Positions 19,466 through 28,809 of a stretch of DNA of 64,000 bases are shown here, piece after piece. The notes under the pieces are model-generated. The model searched no databases and was not told the origin of the DNA. It worked only from the letters and a program-made list of their open reading frames with translations. Position numbers and translations under genes: made by a program. This stretch comes from a virus. Lineage: Duplodnaviria > Caudoviricetes. The DNA lies in IMG/VR virus record IMGVR_UViG_3300032216_002106, positions 1-64,000 of that record; one strand, given 5' to 3'. Numbering within the stretch: position 1 is the first letter of the stretch; the number at the start of each line of letters is the position of its first letter.

Positions 19466-19720
19466 CTATTTATTTACTAGTGCAGCAAGTTCTTCTGCAG
19501 TGCCTACCTTAGTTATTGACAGCTCTTGACTAAAACAACTTCTTGAAGATACCAATAAATCGTATACAACATTGTCGTAGTTAACACGAGCCTTACGTGT
19601 ACCTGTGTAATTGTTTATTAATGAATGTAATTTCCATTCTTCTGTATGTAATTGGTCTTTTAATTTGTTAATCTTTTGTTTTTGATTAAACAATTGACGA
19701 AGCGTTGGTGATTTAGCCAT
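19466..19720 (-). CDS. hypothetical protein
   Basis: start MAKSPT at 19720. Confidence 0.5.
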   Translation of the reverse strand: MAKSPTLRQLFNQKQKINKLKDQLHTEEWKLHSLINNYTGTRKARVNYDNVVYDLLVSSRSCFSQELSITKVGTAEELAALVNK

Positions 19721-20654
19721 TGGTTGTTTTATAAGAAAGTTGAGGAAGGCTTGTGCCTGGAAATGGAACAAACCCCGCACTCAACATAGCGTCAAACAGA
19801 TCCCATGCATCATCTGCAGTGTAGTGTTCCTGTGGTTTGTACGTACGCCAGTGAGACATAGGTGCCATAGATCCTGACTTGGTATACAAGACAAGGAACC
19901 GACCCTTTGACTTATGGTCTTCTGGTGGAGCGTACCACCAAGCACATGCGTTATCAGGGGCAGACCCCCTGTACTGATCACGTACTTCAGAACGTTTTAC
20001 CAATAGCTCACGATACTTCTTGAACCAAGTCAAGTGAATGCACCATGGCTTATAGCCTTGGATCTCTTGCTGGAACTCAGATAGATTTGTCAATTGCTGC
20101 TGGAATGAACCACAAGAACAATAAGGTTCTTTAACCTTTTGTTGTGCAGTAACTTCTTCTAAATCAGAGTCCATGTCTACTTCCTCATCAGAATCATAGA
20201 ATCCTTCTGGTGCAATCAAGTGACCAAGATCTGTATGCTCACTTTGCAGCATAGCTTTAAGCTTGTCTTTACTCTTAAGGTAAATGAACTTATCAATCCA
20301 TTCCCTTTGTAGTAACGCTTGACCAGTCTTGTGGCTCAGCTGATGTTGATAGTGCCAACCTTTTAACATTACGTAAGAGTTATTATGCCAGATACCAGGA
20401 CCTCTATAGTTAGGACCAAGGTATGCAAAAAAGTTTTTAAGACGACCAGTAAATTGCTGGTACGCATTAATCACATCTTGCCTAGGCACTAATAGCTCAT
20501 TGCCATCTTGATGTACTACAACAATATTGTTATCACGTAGATAGATCCCGCTTACAGTGGTTTCATCAAACTCTGGTAGTGCACGTTTAATGTTGCTAAT
20601 AGAATAGATTTGTTTTTGTGCAGAATTAAATTGGTCTTGAATTAGATTGTTCAT
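19713..20654 (-). CDS. SWIM zinc-finger protein
   Basis: PYCSCGSF...PWCIH (CxC-Xn-CxH). Confidence 0.55.
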   Translation of the reverse strand: MNNLIQDQFNSAQKQIYSISNIKRALPEFDETTVSGIYLRDNNIVVVHQDGNELLVPRQDVINAYQQFTGRLKNFFAYLGPNYRGPGIWHNNSYVMLKGWHYQHQLSHKTGQALLQREWIDKFIYLKSKDKLKAMLQSEHTDLGHLIAPEGFYDSDEEVDMDSDLEEVTAQQKVKEPYCSCGSFQQQLTNLSEFQQEIQGYKPWCIHLTWFKKYRELLVKRSEVRDQYRGSAPDNACAWWYAPPEDHKSKGRFLVLYTKSGSMAPMSHWRTYKPQEHYTADDAWDLFDAMLSAGFVPFPGTSLPQLSYKTTNG

Positions 20655-20675
20655 TAGTTAGAATTGAGTTGGTGA

Positions 20676-20891
20676 TTAGATGAACAGGTCGTCCTGCTCT
20701 GCCGGAATTTTAGCAGAGCTAGGGGCAGAGTCATAGGCTCTCTTACCAATTTTTAACAAACCATAGGCAAGCATCCCCCAGGTAATAGGGTTAGCAAGTG
20801 ATGCCGCAAGGAATGTTCCCCCTACGGCATAGGGTGCCGTGTGTTTGATAGCAGCCTTTAGTTTTGTGTTCATAGTGGTAGCATTGAGCAA
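20676..20891 (-). CDS. small membrane protein
   Basis: hydrophobic core; likely start MNTKLK at 20873. Confidence 0.5.
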   Translation of the reverse strand: MLNATTMNTKLKAAIKHTAPYAVGGTFLAASLANPITWGMLAYGLLKIGKRAYDSAPSSAKIPAEQDDLFI

Positions 20892-20905
20892 AGCTGTTCA
20901 GACTT

Positions 20906-21166
20906 ATGGAAATCAAAGTCATGCCCTTAAGCAAATTAGAACTTGACCCAGGGTTAGCTGATTTGTTTTGGAAAGAAAAAGTACAACGAGAGATTAACGA
21001 AAATACCTCAGTCAATGAACTAAGGCAGTACGCATCTTTGTTGTTGTCACTTGCAGTACAACGTCAAGGAATAATAAAAGGACTTGCAAAAGAATTGCTC
21101 ACTATCAAACATCTATTGATAGATGATAGTGAGCTTGCAAATCCTGAGATTACACCAGAGAGTTAG
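20906..21166 (+). CDS. putative NblA-like phycobilisome degradation protein
   Basis: L-x2-DLF-x5-REI-x5-NELRQYASLLLSLAVQRQGIIKGL two-helix spacing; opposite strand; TG-n-TAGCAT at 20876-20884; pattern recognition only. Confidence 0.4.
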   Translation: MEIKVMPLSKLELDPGLADLFWKEKVQREINENTSVNELRQYASLLLSLAVQRQGIIKGLAKELLTIKHLLIDDSELANPEITPES

Positions 21167-22233
21167 ATGAGTGAATCGTCTTCTCCAGTTACAGGATCCC
21201 TGGCACTAGGCAAAGCAGTTATGTCAACTTCTTTGGTGTTACGTAGTTCAGGTAGTATCTCTACTCCTTCTCGTATTCCATAAGCACCACCAAGCTTTGC
21301 AGCATCCTGCTTAGCATGTTGATTGATATAGTCCTGGAACATTACTTGATATTTCCAAGTTGATTCTCGATCTGCATCAGGAATACTCATTGCATTTAAT
21401 GATTCGACTGCTGCTTCTTGTGTGCTGTAATCAGGGATATCAAACCCTTCAATAGCACATATCTCAACGTTATTAGCGCCGCGCATGTCATTAACAAGCT
21501 GAGGTGTAAATACTGTTGTTGCATAGAACTTTTCATTGAATGCCAATGGAATCTCTGAGTCAAGTGCTTTGCTCAAGCACTTAGACATTTCTTTTTCATA
21601 CATTTTAATCTTTTCAGCTGCATCAGTACCATTAAGTCCTTTCAAGGTAAGGACCATAGGCAGCTTATGTGCCCGTTGATTTTCTGTAGTAAGAATAAAA
21701 ATTAAGTACTTGGTACGTACACTGTACTTACGTTTGTACATTTCGCCTTTACTGTTAGCAAGATCAGCAGCAACCTTGTCATTATCCCAAAGAGACTTGA
21801 CATCATCATTATCAAACGTGCCAATCGTTTGCCTCATTCCCGTAGTTTCCTCAACCATAAGGGGAGAACGTAGAAGGACTTGAACTCTAGGCTGAGTGAA
21901 ATTGAGTCCTTCTTCGATTGAAGTATTGGGAGCCATACCAAAAGTTTGCTTGTAGTTCCAGATAACTGAACCTTTAGCAAATTGATCTTCAGTTGCGCTC
22001 CATCCGCAAGTATCAAGGTCTGAGTTCCGCACGAACCAACCTCTTGTTTTAGACTTGTTGAGGGGTTGGATCGTGACAAAGTTTTGATAGCCCGAAACAA
22101 ATTCTTTAGATTGAAATAGCGCAAAAGATTCAATGCCACGTGTTGTAATAGCAGAGGATTTTTTCATAGCCATGGTCGGAGTTAATTTCGTAGTAGGTGA
22201 GTTGGTCGTGGTGTCAAACAAAGTGCTAGTCAT
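21163..22233 (-). CDS. DUF5895-like cyanobacterial protein
   Basis: GWFVRNSDLDTCGW...PRVQVLLRSPLM...PMVLTLKG; adjacent to SSB. Confidence 0.45.
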   Translation of the reverse strand: MTSTLFDTTTNSPTTKLTPTMAMKKSSAITTRGIESFALFQSKEFVSGYQNFVTIQPLNKSKTRGWFVRNSDLDTCGWSATEDQFAKGSVIWNYKQTFGMAPNTSIEEGLNFTQPRVQVLLRSPLMVEETTGMRQTIGTFDNDDVKSLWDNDKVAADLANSKGEMYKRKYSVRTKYLIFILTTENQRAHKLPMVLTLKGLNGTDAAEKIKMYEKEMSKCLSKALDSEIPLAFNEKFYATTVFTPQLVNDMRGANNVEICAIEGFDIPDYSTQEAAVESLNAMSIPDADRESTWKYQVMFQDYINQHAKQDAAKLGGAYGIREGVEILPELRNTKEVDITALPSARDPVTGEDDSLI

Positions 22234-22253
22234 TTGAGTAGCGAGGTTGGACA

Positions 22254-22282
22254 CAGGCAGTTTAGCGTCATGCCTGAGGACG
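22254..22282 (-). ncRNA. motif A pseudoknot leader, copy 2
   Basis: CGTCCTCAGGCATGACGCTAAACTGCCTG. Confidence 0.75.
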
Positions 22283-22301
22283 GGCCAGCTATCTTAACAA
22301 T

Positions 22302-23102
22302 TCAAAAAGGCTGGTCAGCATTGTCAGTACCAAAGCGCCCCGGCAGATCAGGTAGGTTATTTCCCACGTTTTGTCCCCACGGCTCAGCAATTTCTTCTAC
22401 AGTGCGCCCACCCCACAAGCTTTGTGGTTCATCCGATGATGAAGTAGTCTGTGGCTTAAATGCAGAGGAAGACTCTTGAGTCTTAGGTGCTAATGTCATT
22501 GATACAAGTTGGATCTTAGTATTAGATTTGCGTTCTTTAGTTTCTTTATCTGCCCAGGTATCAGTAACTAAACGTCCCTGGATAGTAAGCCCAGTTCCTT
22601 TCCTGGTCATGTTTAGCAACAGCTCAGCTTGATTAAACTTATCATCAGCTGAATTAATTGCATAGAAGTTAAATAGATCGGCTTGGTTTCTACCAGTATT
22701 AACTGATAGTGTTTGATTGGTAATCATCAAGCCATCTGCTGTTGTTTTGAATGCACGTGCATCTTCTTTATCAATATCTTTTACGCAACGTCCGCTAAGA
22801 ATTACTGTATTAAAAATAGGAAATGATTCGTTAACAGTAGCAATGATGCCACCATGCAATGAAAAACTACGTGCCTCTAGATTATATCTAAGCTTGGCAC
22901 CATGAATATAAATGTGTGCACCCTTAGGTGTTTTAAGAAATCGTTCAGTACCTTTGCCATATACATTTAATTCAATAGGCGTTGCACCTTTATTACCTAC
23001 CGGAGGTAGCAATACAGGACAACGTACTGCTGTATTAGTAGACGATATATAAACCTCAGTTGGTTCTTGTGTGGTTTGAGCGCAAACAGTAATGAAGTTC
23101 AT
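22302..23102 (-). CDS. ssb: single-stranded DNA-binding protein with tandem OB folds
   Basis: FNTVILSGR...KGTGLTIQGRLVTDTWADKETKERKS, acidic tail ending DQPF; a second OB-like unit at the N-terminus. Confidence 0.75.
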   Translation of the reverse strand: MNFITVCAQTTQEPTEVYISSTNTAVRCPVLLPPVGNKGATPIELNVYGKGTERFLKTPKGAHIYIHGAKLRYNLEARSFSLHGGIIATVNESFPIFNTVILSGRCVKDIDKEDARAFKTTADGLMITNQTLSVNTGRNQADLFNFYAINSADDKFNQAELLLNMTRKGTGLTIQGRLVTDTWADKETKERKSNTKIQLVSMTLAPKTQESSSAFKPQTTSSSDEPQSLWGGRTVEEIAEPWGQNVGNNLPDLPGRFGTDNADQPF

Positions 23103-23124
23103 GGAATCAAAAGGAAAGTGAAGG

Positions 23125-23149
23125 GCAGTTTTACGTCTTGCTTAGGACG
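23125..23149 (-). ncRNA. motif A pseudoknot leader, copy 3
   Basis: CGTCCTAAGCAAGACGTAAAACTGC. Confidence 0.7.
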
Positions 23150-23154
23150 AAATT

Positions 23155-25008
23155 CTAGTGACAATCAAGCCAAGTATAGCCTACCTTAACATCGCCTTCA
23201 ATAAGACATTGAAAGTTAAAGGTTTGCTGCGCTTGGGGAAACGCAGCCAATGCTTGGGTCTTAACTAATTCTTCATGTTCAGGCAAGCAAACTAGCTGGA
23301 CTTCATCATGGATCATTGCTACTTGCATCCAGTCCTTGCCATAAACAAGATTTGCTTCTTCTAAGTTTTGTTTAATGTTAATAACAACTTGCTTCATAAG
23401 GATTGCACCTGCTGATTGCAATAATACATTTAATCCTTTAAATGCAGAGCGACAATACAATTGCCTACGATCTAAACCAATTAGATAACTACGTTCAGCA
23501 ATATTGTTTTCAATTTTTTGCTTAAGTGATTTAAGTGCTGGCACACCGTCCATGAATGAATTAATAGCAGTACTTCCTATTTGCTTAAGAACTGCTGCAT
23601 CTTTTTCATTCGGATTAATAATAGTACCGGCTTTAACTCCACCACAACCATACAGCAATCCATAAAGTAAACGCTTAGATATATCCCTGGTACTTACTCC
23701 AAACTGTTGTTGGTTATAAGTATGGATGTCAACATCTGGATTGACGACCATGTTACCGTAAGCACCGTTATCCCAGTAGGCAAGGTAACCAGCAAGGCAC
23801 CTGAGTTCCAAAGCTTTTGCATCAACGCCGACAAGGGTGTAACCATGGGGAGCATGAAAGAGTGAACGACATTCTTTACCGTAAGGACTATAACTACCTG
23901 GGACTTGAGCCATGTTTGGATTACTGTGACTACAGCGTCCTGTTATACATCCATTTGTATTAACACCACCGTGCATTTTATTATCTTCTTTATTAACAAG
24001 TTTTAGCCATGCGTTATTACCGTCAGCTATTTGTCCTAGCCTCTTCTTAATTAGTTGGTATTCAGCTAAGAGCTTAGCTTCAGGAAACGGTAAGCTTTCC
24101 AACACATCATCATCAAGGATTGCATTTCCTTTTTCTGTAGTTTTTCCTGGATTCCATTTATATTTAATATGTAACCGATCAATAATTTGTGCACGAGACC
24201 CTGGATTAAATCGGTGCTCAATTCTTTTTGTGAATGGAACGTCTTTGATGTATCCACGATTTTTATTATTTACTTTTGGGATAAAAATTTCTTCTTGTAT
24301 GATTGGCGGGAATGCTTCTTGCAGTTCTGCTTCAAGTTTTTCTTTGCGGTCTCTGAGCACATCCACCAGATCAAGACATTTGTCCACATCAAATGGAAAG
24401 CCAGAGATAATCTGATCGTTAATCGCTTTAGCAAATTCATGTTCAAGAAATAAAGATGATTCAGGATAGTTTTGTGATTGAATAAAGCATAGCAACTTGT
24501 AAGTAACATTTACATCTTGCCGACAGTATTCTGCCATTTCCTCTGAGTATGCAGAGAAGTCTTTGAATTCAATCTTGTTATCAGCTAGTCTATAACCCCA
24601 AGCTTTTAGTGAGGCAGAACCTTTAAGTTTTGTAGGAACCTCAGGATAAATACTAAGATCTAGATCATATAGTATTTCTTTAGGCCATATAAGCCTGGTG
24701 CACACCAAGGTATCAATAACCGGAGCTGACCTAAAGGTATAGAATGGATAAAGTTTTCTTATGACTGGGATGTCATAAAAGATTATGTTATGTCCTATAA
24801 GTACGTTAGCTTTAGCCAGATGCTCAAGACCATCAGCAATAGAATCAGGCCCGTAAGTAAAAGTTTGTTTTCTTTGGATATCATAAATGACGAGGCAGAA
24901 GATTTCTACCACGTCATCATACAGCCCATTCGTTTCAAGATCGAATACATACCAGCGTTCTCCTGGTGCTGTTACCATTTGAAACTTACTTTCTGTAAAG
25001 CTGCTCAT
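23155..25008 (-). CDS. polA: family A DNA polymerase (T7-like) with 3'-5' exonuclease
   Basis: FDLETNG, GHNIIFYD, YCRQDV; DAKALELR, KRLLYGLLYG (Tyr at the 762-equivalent position), IHDE. Confidence 0.95.
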   Translation of the reverse strand: MSSFTESKFQMVTAPGERWYVFDLETNGLYDDVVEIFCLVIYDIQRKQTFTYGPDSIADGLEHLAKANVLIGHNIIFYDIPVIRKLYPFYTFRSAPVIDTLVCTRLIWPKEILYDLDLSIYPEVPTKLKGSASLKAWGYRLADNKIEFKDFSAYSEEMAEYCRQDVNVTYKLLCFIQSQNYPESSLFLEHEFAKAINDQIISGFPFDVDKCLDLVDVLRDRKEKLEAELQEAFPPIIQEEIFIPKVNNKNRGYIKDVPFTKRIEHRFNPGSRAQIIDRLHIKYKWNPGKTTEKGNAILDDDVLESLPFPEAKLLAEYQLIKKRLGQIADGNNAWLKLVNKEDNKMHGGVNTNGCITGRCSHSNPNMAQVPGSYSPYGKECRSLFHAPHGYTLVGVDAKALELRCLAGYLAYWDNGAYGNMVVNPDVDIHTYNQQQFGVSTRDISKRLLYGLLYGCGGVKAGTIINPNEKDAAVLKQIGSTAINSFMDGVPALKSLKQKIENNIAERSYLIGLDRRQLYCRSAFKGLNVLLQSAGAILMKQVVINIKQNLEEANLVYGKDWMQVAMIHDEVQLVCLPEHEELVKTQALAAFPQAQQTFNFQCLIEGDVKVGYTWLDCH

Positions 25009-25219
25009 CTTGAATTTCCAGCCCTTGGTTGAACAACTCTACATCATTGTCTTCAATCCATTTAAGGATATTAATAATTCCTGTCTTTTGTGGATGAGAC
25101 AATATTTTACTTAACGCAGTCTCATTTGTTAATGGGACTAGATAGAATCGATTTGATTCTTGGTCTGCTTGGATGGCATGAGGTATACCATCTAAGGTAC
25201 AGCTGATGAGGTAAGCCAT
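24986..25219 (-). CDS. hypothetical protein
   Basis: 77 aa overlapping the polymerase start. Confidence 0.5.
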   Translation of the reverse strand: MAYLISCTLDGIPHAIQADQESNRFYLVPLTNETALSKILSHPQKTGIINILKWIEDNDVELFNQGLEIQDEQLYRK

Positions 25220-25256
25220 GGTTGTTACTACTAGTAATCAAGGTGTTTTCCTGGTA

Positions 25257-25279
25257 CTCCCCCAGGGGGTCTGGGGGAG
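25257..25279. other. GC-rich intergenic hairpin
   Basis: CTCCCCCAG / CTGGGGGAG 9-bp stem. Confidence 0.6.
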
Positions 25280-25313
25280 ATTCAAGAATACCTAGATACT
25301 AACTACTTTATTC

Positions 25314-26096
25314 CTATGTGCAAGCAATTAGTTTCTTTACTTTCTTAACTGTATTATAACCAACAAACTTGCCTTGCTTCTTGCGTAGCTGTATCGCCTT
25401 GCTTGCAGCAGAGCCTGCCCTCTGGGACCCATGGACCAAGAGTGCGAATGGCTTGTTGCCGAGGCAATGGCTATCGTCATGGTCTATCTCTAAGCCTTGG
25501 GCCACTGCCTCTTCTTCTGTGTACACAACGTATGCCCTGCGAATAAAAATATGTTCACGCCCTGGAATCAGCCTGTCAAGCTGACCACCTATTGATGCAG
25601 TCAAGAAGAAATTACTTGGTATATTCTCAGCTTGGTTTAACCACATATTAAGTGATTTAGTAAATGCATAAAAGATTTTATTAGGACGTTGTTTTGCTAC
25701 CTCTATCCATGCCATAAGATATTGCTCTGTCCAGAAGTCACCTGATTCATGGATCCTTACAAGATCTTCATCATATGGATCAATGGAAGCCAAGATAAGT
25801 GCAGCCATATTATCTACGGCAAGCTTTGAATCAGTGTAAGCTGCATCACGTAATAGATCCCAGTTATACCAACGGGCATCACGTACGTTAGGCCTAGTCT
25901 CTGCCATGGCAGCAAAGCATCTGTAATCTGCAACGTCTTTGATTAGTGCAGCAAGACTATCATTGATCTTACCTGTGTGCCGGTCAGCAAATGTTCTGCA
26001 TACACCAGCGCTAGGACATGCATAGCCAGCAGGTAAACTAAGGATCAGTCTTTTGCTGAGCTTAGCATTGCCACGGGAAAACTTGAGGAGGTTCAT
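25314..26096 (-). CDS. phage GP88-family protein
   Basis: GNAKL...SLPAGYACP.AG.C...CFA, VRIHESGDF, FYAFTK. Confidence 0.7.
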   Translation of the reverse strand: MNLLKFSRGNAKLSKRLILSLPAGYACPSAGVCRTFADRHTGKINDSLAALIKDVADYRCFAAMAETRPNVRDARWYNWDLLRDAAYTDSKLAVDNMAALILASIDPYDEDLVRIHESGDFWTEQYLMAWIEVAKQRPNKIFYAFTKSLNMWLNQAENIPSNFFLTASIGGQLDRLIPGREHIFIRRAYVVYTEEEAVAQGLEIDHDDSHCLGNKPFALLVHGSQRAGSAASKAIQLRKKQGKFVGYNTVKKVKKLIACT

Positions 26097-26120
26097 TGTT
26101 CAGTTGAGTGTGAGTTGGAT

Positions 26121-26146
26121 AGCAGTTTAACGTCATGCTTAGGACG
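26121..26146 (-). ncRNA. motif A pseudoknot leader, copy 4
   Basis: CGTCCTAAGCATGACGTTAAACTGCT. Confidence 0.75.
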
Positions 26147-26152
26147 CAACAA

Positions 26153-26329
26153 TCAAGTTAAGTGAGCTTCTAGTTCTTTAACAAGAGCAACAACATGTGG
26201 TGGAGTGTTATTTGCCAACAAAAGTTGAGATAAAGCTTGAACATGAACATGGTCTGGAATGCATTCTTCTGCATAGATGTCTCTCATTTCATTGATAACC
26301 CATTGAGCAAGAGGTGAAAGTTGTGACAT
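26153..26329 (-). CDS. hypothetical protein
   Basis: start revised to MSQLSPL, downstream of motif A copy 5. Confidence 0.5.
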   Translation of the reverse strand: MSQLSPLAQWVINEMRDIYAEECIPDHVHVQALSQLLLANNTPPHVVALVKELEAHLT

Positions 26330-26352
26330 TTGTTTGATGGTGTAAATTGGAT

Positions 26353-26378
26353 AGCAGTTTAACGTCATGCTTAGGACG
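26353..26378 (-). ncRNA. motif A pseudoknot leader, copy 5
   Basis: identical to copy 4. Confidence 0.75.
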
Positions 26379-26420
26379 CGGTAAAACCTACATTGAATTG
26401 ACAGTAAAACCTACATTGGT

Positions 26421-26615
26421 TTATGCCAAGAGTTCCATTAGGAATAGCAGACGCTTGTTGCAGGCTTCTGATAGCTTAATCTGTTCCTCGGTCATAGGAG
26501 TCTGTTGATTGTACAGTGATTCGCCTATGTCACCCATAAGCTTTACATTAATTAACTTCTTGCGTAGCCTGGCTTTTTCGGCTTGGCTTAGTCGCTGGTA
26601 CAGAGGCAGCATCAT
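26421..26615 (-). CDS. hypothetical protein
   Basis: 64 aa. Confidence 0.45.
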   Translation of the reverse strand: MMLPLYQRLSQAEKARLRKKLINVKLMGDIGESLYNQQTPMTEEQIKLSEACNKRLLFLMELLA

Positions 26616-26850
26616 GTGAGTTCAGTTGATCGGTGAGTTGTTTAATACCAGTTATAAAGTAGGCATAGTCCCTGGTTTCTGTAATGATTGTGAGTTTGTC
26701 ACATACATTACATATACCAGTCCAGCATGATGAACATCCTACGGAATACACACCATACTTATCGCCACAATCACTGCATGTTACATAAGCATCTTTTAGT
26801 TTTTGAATGAGTTGTTTGATTTGTTTTTTAGTCATGGCACATGCCTCCAT
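26548..26850 (-). CDS. small Zn-binding protein
   Basis: CSDC...CNVC...TETRDY. Confidence 0.5.
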   Translation of the reverse strand: MEACAMTKKQIKQLIQKLKDAYVTCSDCGDKYGVYSVGCSSCWTGICNVCDKLTIITETRDYAYFITGIKQLTDQLNSHDAASVPATKPSRKSQATQEVN

Positions 26851-27269
26851 GCTTTGCGTAGAACAATTCGGTTAATGGTAGCAGAAGATAATCCATATTT
26901 TTCTGCAATTGTTTTTTGCATTAGTCCTTTGCGTGCCAAGGTACGGATGTCGCGTACGTTACGTTCAGTAAGGATTGCATTTTGATTTGCAGATCCTACA
27001 TTTTTTATGGCACCCTTGGATCCAAGCTTAGGACCAGGCCGGTTGATTGCATAAGTACAAATGGTTTTAAACCTGGCATCACAATCTAAACATCTACGGT
27101 ACTGCCACATCTGATCAATGTGATCTTGATGTTGAGTGCAAGTAACCCGTGTGTTTTTACTACGACAGTTACGACACTTCACTATACTGCCCCTCCTTTG
27201 CATAACATGCACAGTCACGTCCATCAAGCTCAGTAAATCCCATGGTGCACTTACGTTCCCAATGGACAC
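26832..27269 (-). CDS. NrdR-like Zn ribbon plus C-terminal HTH
   Basis: KCRNC..KNTRV...RRCLDCDARFKT; LTERNVRDIR...QKTIAEKYGLSSATINRIV. Confidence 0.6.
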   Translation of the reverse strand: MSIGNVSAPWDLLSLMDVTVHVMQRRGSIVKCRNCRSKNTRVTCTQHQDHIDQMWQYRRCLDCDARFKTICTYAINRPGPKLGSKGAIKNVGSANQNAILTERNVRDIRTLARKGLMQKTIAEKYGLSSATINRIVLRKAWRHVP

Positions 27270-27702
27270 AGCCTGCTGAATAACAACGTGATACTTTATA
27301 AATTCTTGTTTCTTGTCTTTGCTTAGCCTTATCTTCTGTCCATAAAATGTTACGGACTATCTTGCCGACAGTAGAACGATGGATACCTAGCTCAACAGCT
27401 AATGCCCTTTGGTTCTCACCATTACCCACACGTTCTCTTATCTGTTCAGCTAATTCAAATGTAAGTGGTGAATACTGTCGAGGCATTCTATATTCTTCTG
27501 GCATATAACCAACAGTCTGGTGTATTTCCCCTGGTCGTTGATAGGTAGAAAAGCGTTGTTTGCAGTAGGCACATAGACGTGATCTCATAATGACACCACT
27601 GGGGTGACGGTTAGCACGTAGTGTTGTGCAGTGATCGTGATCACAGCAAGGGCATTTAATTGTCATTGTTCGTCGGGAATAGGTTGATACTGCGGCAGCC
27701 AT
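27169..27702 (-). CDS. NrdR-like Zn ribbon plus HTH (paralogue of the neighbour)
   Basis: KCPCC...RSRLCAYCKQRFSTY; NQRALAVELGIHRSTVGKIV. Confidence 0.6.
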   Translation of the reverse strand: MAAAVSTYSRRTMTIKCPCCDHDHCTTLRANRHPSGVIMRSRLCAYCKQRFSTYQRPGEIHQTVGYMPEEYRMPRQYSPLTFELAEQIRERVGNGENQRALAVELGIHRSTVGKIVRNILWTEDKAKQRQETRIYKVSRCYSAGCVHWERKCTMGFTELDGRDCACYAKEGQYSEVS

Positions 27703-28082
27703 TGGCCGTGCTCGTCGATGAAGTTAGCCTCATACAGGAACTGTTTAGCGGCGATAACGTCACCGGCCATAGCACGTTCCATCAGGGTTGGAGCGGTGAG
27801 GGCCCACAGCTCCTCATCCGTGGGCGCCACCGGCTTGGGTTGGGCCAGGGCGGCTGGGGGCGTCGGCGTGGGGGTGCCGTACTTAGCGAGAACGGCGATG
27901 GCTTCCACTTTTGCATTGTGGATGTCTGCCCCACAATTGCAGTCTTCTCCTTCGCTGTCATTAGCGCACTTGTCTTCAGCTTTAGGGCAGCTATACCAGC
28001 TATCTTCGCAGTAATAGTGCTCGCGTTTTGCAAGTGTCGCCAGCTCAGCGCACAAAGCGCGGAAGTCAGTCATTGTGTTCAT
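27663..28082 (-). CDS. mosaic phage protein, GC-rich
   Basis: MTDFRALCAELA...ALAQPKPVAPTDEEL motifs. Confidence 0.55.
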   Translation of the reverse strand: MNTMTDFRALCAELATLAKREHYYCEDSWYSCPKAEDKCANDSEGEDCNCGADIHNAKVEAIAVLAKYGTPTPTPPAALAQPKPVAPTDEELWALTAPTLMERAMAGDVIAAKQFLYEANFIDEHGQWLPQYQPIPDEQ

Positions 28083-28159
28083 TTGATTTGAGTAAGGTGG
28101 ATAAGCTGGACTTACATAAGTAAATACTTAATGCCAGCACAATATAATGTTAGTATTAT

Positions 28160-28504
28160 CTAACACCCATAGTAGTCAAGTATTAGCTCAGCCAACTTAA
28201 TGGCTAATACTTTAGATGGGATAGTAAGTGTAGAACTTACTCCCCATTTACTAGTAGGTTCTTTTACTTTTTCTTGGTAATTCAAATCAATACCATTATT
28301 ATCAAAATTAATTAGTACTCTTGCAGTGTATGTTGTTGTTGTTTCATCTTCTTCAGGAAGCTCAAAATCATGGACCACAGTAACTGAACTTGCAATTACC
28401 TTAGGCGTTGGCTCCGATAGTTCTTCTGCCCATGATGTAACTGGTTTGTATGTAAGTGGTTTGCCATTCAAGAAAACTTTATTAGCTGGTTGTTGGAATG
28501 CCAT
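28160..28504 (-). CDS. hypothetical protein
   Basis: 114 aa. Confidence 0.5.
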   Translation of the reverse strand: MAFQQPANKVFLNGKPLTYKPVTSWAEELSEPTPKVIASSVTVVHDFELPEEDETTTTYTARVLINFDNNGIDLNYQEKVKEPTSKWGVSSTLTIPSKVLAIKLAELILDYYGC

Positions 28505-28506
28505 GA

Positions 28507-28809
28507 TTAGTAGATGTCGTTAGTGGGAGTGGTTTCTAGATCTGAGGACAGAAGCATAATGCCTGCCTCAGCAATAAGTTTACGAGTTGCATCTTGTCCA
28601 AAGGCTCTAAGTAGATCTTGCAACATAATTTTTTTATCCTTTATATATCCAGTTTCAAATATTAATGCACAAAGGGTAATCAATTCAGCAACAGGTAGTT
28701 GTCCTACCATTTCATCAGCAACTAATGGGATTAGATCATTCCATTTGTCCTCAGGTATTGCAGCATACAATGCATCAACTTGTTCTTGATAGTCAGCAGA
28801 AATTTCCAT
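28507..28809 (-). CDS. hypothetical protein
   Basis: 100 aa. Confidence 0.5.
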   Translation of the reverse strand: MEISADYQEQVDALYAAIPEDKWNDLIPLVADEMVGQLPVAELITLCALIFETGYIKDKKIMLQDLLRAFGQDATRKLIAEAGIMLLSSDLETTPTNDIY

